Source: a virus. From it: a DNA stretch of 33,749 nucleotides. Of this stretch, positions 29,746 to 33,749 are shown one piece after another. How positions within the stretch are numbered: the stretch's first letter is position 1; each line of letters opens with the position of its first letter. Location: IMG/VR virus record IMGVR_UViG_3300010389_000062; one strand, 5' to 3'. A model generated the notes under the pieces. The model saw only the letters and a list, made by a program, of their open reading frames with translations, did no database searches and was not told the origin of the DNA. The translations under genes and the position numbers were made by a program.

Positions 29746-30123
29746 CTAACGATTCTTCATCTTTTCCTCTTGCTGGTACATCTCCTCGTGGTGCAGAGCC
29801 AGCTCCTCCTGTGCGGCGAACTGGTCATCTGTCGACTGCTCCCACAAGCAGCCGAGCTGAATGCTTAGGTTCTTGGTCAGAGCGGCGAGATTGGCCACCA
29901 TGGCGGAGGCCTCAGGGCTCTCTGCGTATTGGGCCAAGTTGGGGATCCAGGTGCTGATCCAGCGATTCAGGGACTTTTCGGCGTCATGAATGGGCTGGTG
30001 GAACATGGCAGTCGGTGAACGCTGCCATCTATTGCCATGCCCGCTCAGCGTATGCACTACCGCGTCAGATCCGTTGCGGCGCAGTCGTTTCGAGTGATAG
30101 ATCAGTTCGCTGATCTTATTCAT
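29746..30123 (-). CDS. Hypothetical helical protein
   Basis: 125-aa ORF. It overlaps the RusA stop by 8 nt and is somewhat AT-richer. Confidence 0.6.
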   Translation of the reverse strand: MNKISELIYHSKRLRRNGSDAVVHTLSGHGNRWQRSPTAMFHQPIHDAEKSLNRWISTWIPNLAQYAESPEASAMVANLAALTKNLSIQLGCLWEQSTDDQFAAQEELALHHEEMYQQEEKMKNR

Positions 30124-30613
30124 CGATCGGCCTGACCCTGATCAGAGCGCCCGGCTGCTCCCCGATCCCGCAGTACCCCTTCCATGCGAACAGCTCCACG
30201 ACCAGGCAGTCATCCACCAGCAGGCCGCCATCCACGAGCCCGTCAAGCGTCGACCGACAGCACTTGTCCAGATCGTTGCGCTTGACGACGCAGAACCGCG
30301 GGGCAGACGCCCTGAGCTCGCCATTCGCCTTGTGATGGGATCTCGGCCGAGTGAATCTGAAATCGAGCTCCACGGCGCATGGACCGTCGACGCGATCCCC
30401 GGCCAGCCTGGCCTCATGCGCCACAGCAGCCCGCCACGGCTTCACACGCTTGCTGCTCTCCACCATCCGGCCCCCACCGACGTGGCGCTTGCTCCCCTGC
30501 GGCGCTGGGTCGAGGCCCAGGACTGACAGCTCGATCACAGGGCCGCGGCAGATGCCTGACTGTAACGATCCGCCCCATGGGTCCGGTTTGGGGGTAAGTT
30601 GGTCCCGCACCAT
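30116..30613 (-). CDS. rusA: RusA-family Holliday junction resolvase
   Basis: LSVLGLDPAPQGSKRH..., VKPWRAAVAHEA, VVKRNDLDKCCRSTLDGLVDGGLLVDDCLVVELFAWKGY (Asp-rich catalytic pattern). The true start may lie downstream of 30613. Confidence 0.75.
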   Translation of the reverse strand: MVRDQLTPKPDPWGGSLQSGICRGPVIELSVLGLDPAPQGSKRHVGGGRMVESSKRVKPWRAAVAHEARLAGDRVDGPCAVELDFRFTRPRSHHKANGELRASAPRFCVVKRNDLDKCCRSTLDGLVDGGLLVDDCLVVELFAWKGYCGIGEQPGALIRVRPIDE

Positions 30614-30624
30614 GCACTCACCCC

Positions 30625-30792
30625 ATGAGCAAGCCCCTCCAGTCCGTCGCCGGCCAGAAGGTCTTCATTGATCCCGTCGTGCTCCGAGATGTCGACAACA
30701 CCAAGCCCAGCGCCATGAGCCGGACATCCTGGGTCAACTACCTGGTTCAGCTGGGGCTCGCAGCCACGAAGCAACAGCAGCCCGATGCCTGA
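30625..30792 (+). CDS. Unannotated 55-aa ribbon-helix-helix-like regulator candidate
   Basis: Hand translation gives MSKPLQSVAGQKVFIDPVVLRDVDNTKPSAMSRTSWVNYLVQLGLAATKQQQPDA. The beta-strand plus (S)R(T)SWVNYLV helix pattern is CopG/Arc-like. It is the first gene of the rightward arm, and its stop overlaps the next ATG (ATGCCTGA). Confidence 0.5.
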   Translation: MSKPLQSVAGQKVFIDPVVLRDVDNTKPSAMSRTSWVNYLVQLGLAATKQQQPDA

Positions 30793-31219
30793 TCGCGAGC
30801 GCAGCGCTTACGAGATGCTCCGCTGGGTGCCGTACAGCCTGCAGACGGAGTTTGACCCGGCCCTGGCCATCGAAGGCCACTACAGCCGCATGCAGGTCCA
30901 CCGCAGCGATCGGGCGCTCGACGCATGGGACGCAGCGCATCCTCAGCAGGAAAGCCCTGAACTTGCCGCATTCAGGGAGCTGGAGCGAATAGGGCGCATC
31001 ACCCAGAACGACTTCTTCTCACCGTCAAAAGCCGCAGATGGATTCTATTCCCGACAACTCAAATCAATACGAGGTGATCGGATCGGTCAGGGAGGAGATC
31101 GAGCTCCTCAAGTCCGACCTGATGCAGATCGTCGAGACAACCCCGGAGGCAGACCTGATGCCTCGCGCTCGGGCACGCGTGAGCGACCACGGCTTAGGCG
31201 ATTGCGTCCGCGATGCTGA
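30785..31219 (+). CDS. Hypothetical protein. Only the first ~84 codons show coding bias, and the 3' end overlaps the rep gene out of frame.
   Basis: The frame is GC3-rich up to about 31035. After that, GC3 drops to about 40% while the 31038 frame becomes GC3-rich. The tail reads as an R/P/G-rich sequence. Confidence 0.45.
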   Translation: MPDRERSAYEMLRWVPYSLQTEFDPALAIEGHYSRMQVHRSDRALDAWDAAHPQQESPELAAFRELERIGRITQNDFFSPSKAADGFYSRQLKSIRGDRIGQGGDRAPQVRPDADRRDNPGGRPDASRSGTRERPRLRRLRPRC

Positions 31220-32711
31220 CCTCCGCCGATGGCTGGGAGACTGCCTGCTCAAGCTGCGGCCCAAGAGCCGCGGCAAGCGCAAAGGGCAGAAGCTCGACCT
31301 AACGCCTGTCCCGTGGGCCCTGGACGGGATCGTGATGCGTCACCGGCTGAACATGCTGGTGGCAGAGCCCAAGGTCGGCAAGACGTCATTCGTGCTGGCG
31401 ATGATCTCGGCATGGCACCGTGGGCAGCCGTCATTCATCGGGCAGGAGCTCAACGGCGAATGCCCGCCTGTGATCATCGTCGGAACTGATCAGCCGGAGG
31501 TGGACTGGGGCACCATGCTCACCGCTGAAGGCCTCATGTCTTCGGACGGAGAGATGCAGGATCCCCTGGTTGCGTTCTGGTCTGCGGCTGACCCCCTGCA
31601 TTTCGACGAAGATGGCTTCAAGTTGCTCGACGAAGTCTGCGGCGAGTTTCCCGGGGCGATGGTGCTGTGCGACAGCTACCACGCCTGCGTTGCCACTCTC
31701 AACTGCGAGGACGGCAGCAGCACCTATGCCAATCCCTTGGCGCAGCTGCTGACCGTCACGGCGCCACACGGCGCCACCACGGTGGTGATCCATCACGCAA
31801 ACAAGGGCCAGGGCGGATCGATCGTGAGCAAGGCGCGAGGGACCACCGCGCTTACGGCCATCCCCTCGCAGAACATCCTGCTGGCGCCGATGGCCAGCGA
31901 AGCCAACCCCAACGACCGACGCATCCAACTCAAGACTCAGGGCCGCGCAGGACGGCCTCAGAGCCTGATCATCGAGCGGACGGACGACGGCTGGATCTCT
32001 CACGGCGATGGTCAGGACGTCGTCGAGGAGCAACGCAGGGCTGACGCAGTGCTCAACCTGCCCGACAAAGACGCCGAGGTCTATGCCTACATCCAAGACC
32101 GATCAGCCCAGGGATTCCCTGTCTCTCAGAACGAGCTCCACGCAAACCGCGAACTGAGGCTCAAGCAGTACCAGGCCAGCCGCATCTGCCAGCGACTTGC
32201 CCGGGCAGGGCTGATCTACCAGGACGGACGGGCCTCCGCAGGCGTTGCAGGCGGCCGACCATCACCGCTGTTCAGGGCCAGGGATACCGGCGATGGAGCC
32301 CTCTCTGCAGAACTGCATTCAACGCTTGAACTGCATTCAACCTCGCGCGCACATGAAATAAGTGGGTTTAATGCAGTAAAAACAGTAAAAGCAATAATGC
32401 AAGGGGAGGGGTTTAATGCAGAGCCTCTGCCTGCGTTCAACCATCCCGTCGACGTTCAGCTGGTGCCCGGAGGAGATTGGGCCAGCGGTCACATCACATG
32501 CGGGCCTGCCCCAGGTGATCAGCTGTTCATCCGTCTGGTTGACGGCGATCCAGACGTCAGGCGCCCGTTGCCGCGCTCTCGCATCAGATCGTCCCTGTCT
32601 GCCCCTCTAGCAGCCGAGAGCCAGCCTTCCGCGTCAATCCCCTCTGATCCATCCACACCCGCGTCAGAGCCGCACACAGCGGCCGCTGACGATCACCCCT
32701 ACGGTTTCTGA
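31038..32711 (+). CDS. Replication ATPase, RepA/AAA_25 (RecA-fold, DnaB-like) with a C-terminal winged-helix-like region
   Basis: 557 aa. Walker A LVAEPKVGKTSFVLAM, Walker B AMVLCDSYH, TVVIHHANKG. The wHTH-like segment is VYAYIQDRSAQGFPVSQNELHANRELRLKQYQASRICQRLARAGLIYQDG. Confidence 0.8.
   Translation: MDSIPDNSNQYEVIGSVREEIELLKSDLMQIVETTPEADLMPRARARVSDHGLGDCVRDADLRRWLGDCLLKLRPKSRGKRKGQKLDLTPVPWALDGIVMRHRLNMLVAEPKVGKTSFVLAMISAWHRGQPSFIGQELNGECPPVIIVGTDQPEVDWGTMLTAEGLMSSDGEMQDPLVAFWSAADPLHFDEDGFKLLDEVCGEFPGAMVLCDSYHACVATLNCEDGSSTYANPLAQLLTVTAPHGATTVVIHHANKGQGGSIVSKARGTTALTAIPSQNILLAPMASEANPNDRRIQLKTQGRAGRPQSLIIERTDDGWISHGDGQDVVEEQRRADAVLNLPDKDAEVYAYIQDRSAQGFPVSQNELHANRELRLKQYQASRICQRLARAGLIYQDGRASAGVAGGRPSPLFRARDTGDGALSAELHSTLELHSTSRAHEISGFNAVKTVKAIMQGEGFNAEPLPAFNHPVDVQLVPGGDWASGHITCGPAPGDQLFIRLVDGDPDVRRPLPRSRIRSSLSAPLAAESQPSASIPSDPSTPASEPHTAAADDHPYGF
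32305..32445. repeat. Iteron-like repeats plus an AT-rich core inside the rep gene (candidate origin of replication)
   Basis: GAACTGCATTCAAC at 32310-32323 and 32328-32341, with a near-copy CTGCGTTCAAC at 32431-32441. GGGTTTAATGCAG at 32364-32376 and 32409-32421. A third TAATGCA at 32395-32401. CAGTAAAA at 32374-32381 and 32383-32390. Positions 32351-32410 count 22/60 G+C. Confidence 0.45.
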
Positions 32712-32720
32712 AGACCCACC

Positions 32721-32936
32721 ATGAACATGCTCGACACCGACTACGAGATCAGCCCGCGCAACCTGCCCGTGCTGCTGTCCCTGACCAACAGCCTGGATCG
32801 AGCCCTGGCCCAGAGCAGGGCCGTGGCTGACAACGCCATCGATGAGGGCTCCCCGATCCCGCCCGACGTCCACGCCACCCTGGTAGCCAGCCTCTGCAGG
32901 ATCCAGGCAGCATTGGACCAGGCCTTGACCGTCTGA
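32721..32936 (+). CDS. Hypothetical small protein
   Basis: 71-aa ORF in a GC3-rich frame. Confidence 0.55.
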   Translation: MNMLDTDYEISPRNLPVLLSLTNSLDRALAQSRAVADNAIDEGSPIPPDVHATLVASLCRIQAALDQALTV

Positions 32937-32938
32937 CC

Positions 32939-33610
32939 ATGATCAAGATCACCACGGACCTGTCAGAGCTCACCAAGGCGCAGCGCTTCATCGGCGCCTA
33001 CCGGAATCAGCTGCCCTTTGCCGCGTCGGTCGCGCTGAACCAGACCGCCAGGCAGGTGCAGCTGGCCATGAAGCAGCAGACCACAAAGTCGTTCGACAAG
33101 CCTGTCCCGTTCACGAAGAACGCCTTCCGCTACAACAAGTCCACCAAGGTCAACCTGACCGCCGAGGTGTTTCCTGCCGAGGATCGCCCCTACCTGAACA
33201 CTCAGATCTTTGGCGGTCAGCGCCTGTGGAAAACCTACGAGGGGCTGATTCGCGGTCTGGCCAGGGACAGCGGTAACCCGCTCCCCTCCAGCCGCAAGAT
33301 CGTTCCCACCCAGATCGCCCGCAATGCAGCAGGCAATCCCAAGCGCCGACTGTTCGGCGAGATCCAGTCGCGCCTATCCACGTCCGATCGAGGCGGCTTC
33401 ATGATCGGCACGCCACGCGGCGGCGGTCGGATGCCTGGCGTTTATCGCCGTTCACGCGGTCGCCTTGTGCCGTACTTCCTTGCGGTGCCCAACGAGCCGA
33501 CCTACCGGCCACGCTTCCCGTTCGAGAAGCTGGGGAACGACACGGTGCGACGCGTCTACCCAACCGAGCTGTCCAAAGCGCTGGACCGGGCGATCGCCTC
33601 GGCGCGGTGA
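32939..33610 (+). CDS. Hypothetical protein, possibly a virion morphogenesis/tail-completion type (gpZ/HK97 gp10-like pattern)
   Basis: 223 aa. The N-terminus LPFAASVALNQTARQVQLAMKQ...FDKPVPFTKNAF and a basic middle region loosely recall minor tail/neck completion proteins. It is the last gene before the cos/terS region. Confidence 0.3.
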   Translation: MIKITTDLSELTKAQRFIGAYRNQLPFAASVALNQTARQVQLAMKQQTTKSFDKPVPFTKNAFRYNKSTKVNLTAEVFPAEDRPYLNTQIFGGQRLWKTYEGLIRGLARDSGNPLPSSRKIVPTQIARNAAGNPKRRLFGEIQSRLSTSDRGGFMIGTPRGGGRMPGVYRRSRGRLVPYFLAVPNEPTYRPRFPFEKLGNDTVRRVYPTELSKALDRAIASAR

Positions 33611-33648
33611 CCCCCCGGTCTGCGGGTCCTGGGTTTTCCACAGGGTAT

Positions 33649-33674
33649 GGGTGATCCAGCGGCACCCGATTTTT
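33649..33674 (+). terminator. Candidate intrinsic terminator
   Basis: GGGTG (33649-33653) pairs with CACCC (33663-33667) around a 9-nt loop, followed by GATTTTTC. It lies 40 nt after the 32939..33610 stop. The stem is short, so this is weak. Confidence 0.3.
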
Positions 33675-33694
33675 CTAGCGGCAGCCCCGGGAGC

Positions 33695-33749
33695 CTCTTA
33701 ACCGGCCTGCCTGGCACAGCACCCCCAAGGGCATTTAAGGAGCTTTTAA
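33695..33749. repeat. Terminal exact repeat, right copy (identical to 1..55)
   Basis: Direct comparison of both window ends. The non-redundant unit is 33,694 bp. Confidence 0.95.

Noticed and set aside
33609-33628. GACCC/GGGTC hairpin right after the 32939..33610 stop as a terminator
   Set aside because: The stem is only 5 bp with a 10-nt loop, and the T-run is not adjacent. The 33649-33674 structure is a somewhat better candidate.
1-33749. tRNA genes, rRNA, CRISPR arrays, an integrase/attP, transposase or IS ends
   Set aside because: All intergenic gaps are 264 nt or shorter, with no T-loop (GTTCRANYC) or cloverleaf candidates. No ORF has tyrosine/serine recombinase or transposase motifs. 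The only long exact repeat is the 55-bp terminal overlap.

Overview
The window appears to be a complete, circularly closed genome of a high-GC tailed dsDNA phage with siphovirus-type gene content. The first 55 nt are identical to the last 55 nt, giving a non-redundant unit of 33,694 bp. A hand count of a typical 60-nt stretch gives about 62% G+C.

Genes form two arms that diverge near 30.6 kb and converge at 20857/20858.

The rightward (+) arm runs from 30625 across the window ends to 20857. It encodes:
- a small RHH-like regulator;
- a RepA/AAA_25-like replication ATPase whose gene contains an AT-rich, iteron-like candidate origin;
- lambda-style packaging and head genes: Nu1-like TerS, gpA-family TerL, a gpW-like fusion, a gpB-family portal, and one 760-aa ORF fusing an N-terminal module, an HK97-type prohead protease, a helical linker and an HK97-fold major capsid protein;
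- connector genes interrupted by a fibre-like/LamG cassette;
- tail tube, a G/GT-type chaperone pair with a clear -1 frameshift signal, tape measure and tail-tip proteins;
- a lysis cassette with a GH19 endolysin, and a final NblA-like ORF.

The leftward (-) arm runs from 30613 to 20858 and is tightly packed with translationally coupled genes. It encodes:
- RusA;
- an SNF2-type helicase overlapping a beta-class DNA methyltransferase;
- a RecE-like exonuclease, a Sak/Rad52-like annealase and a DUF736-like protein with an SSB-type acidic tail;
- two HNH-type proteins and many small ORFs, six of them below the ORF-track cutoff;
- a group-2-like sigma-70 factor as the last gene.

I found no integrase, CI-type repressor, tRNA, rRNA or CRISPR array. 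A cyanobacterial host (Synechococcus/Cyanobium-like) is inferred from the sigma factor, the NblA-like ORF and over-representation of the HIP1 core GCGATCG. This host assignment is an inference, not shown directly.

The signals most worth following up are:
- the NblA-like/sigma convergent pair;
- the DUF736-like protein with an SSB tail;
- a recurrent CACCACCCC box just upstream of start codons;
- a shared 20-nt motif in the two leftward intergenic regions;
- the candidate origin inside the replication gene;
- low-GC receptor-binding-type modules.

All family assignments are motif recognition by eye. No database search was run.
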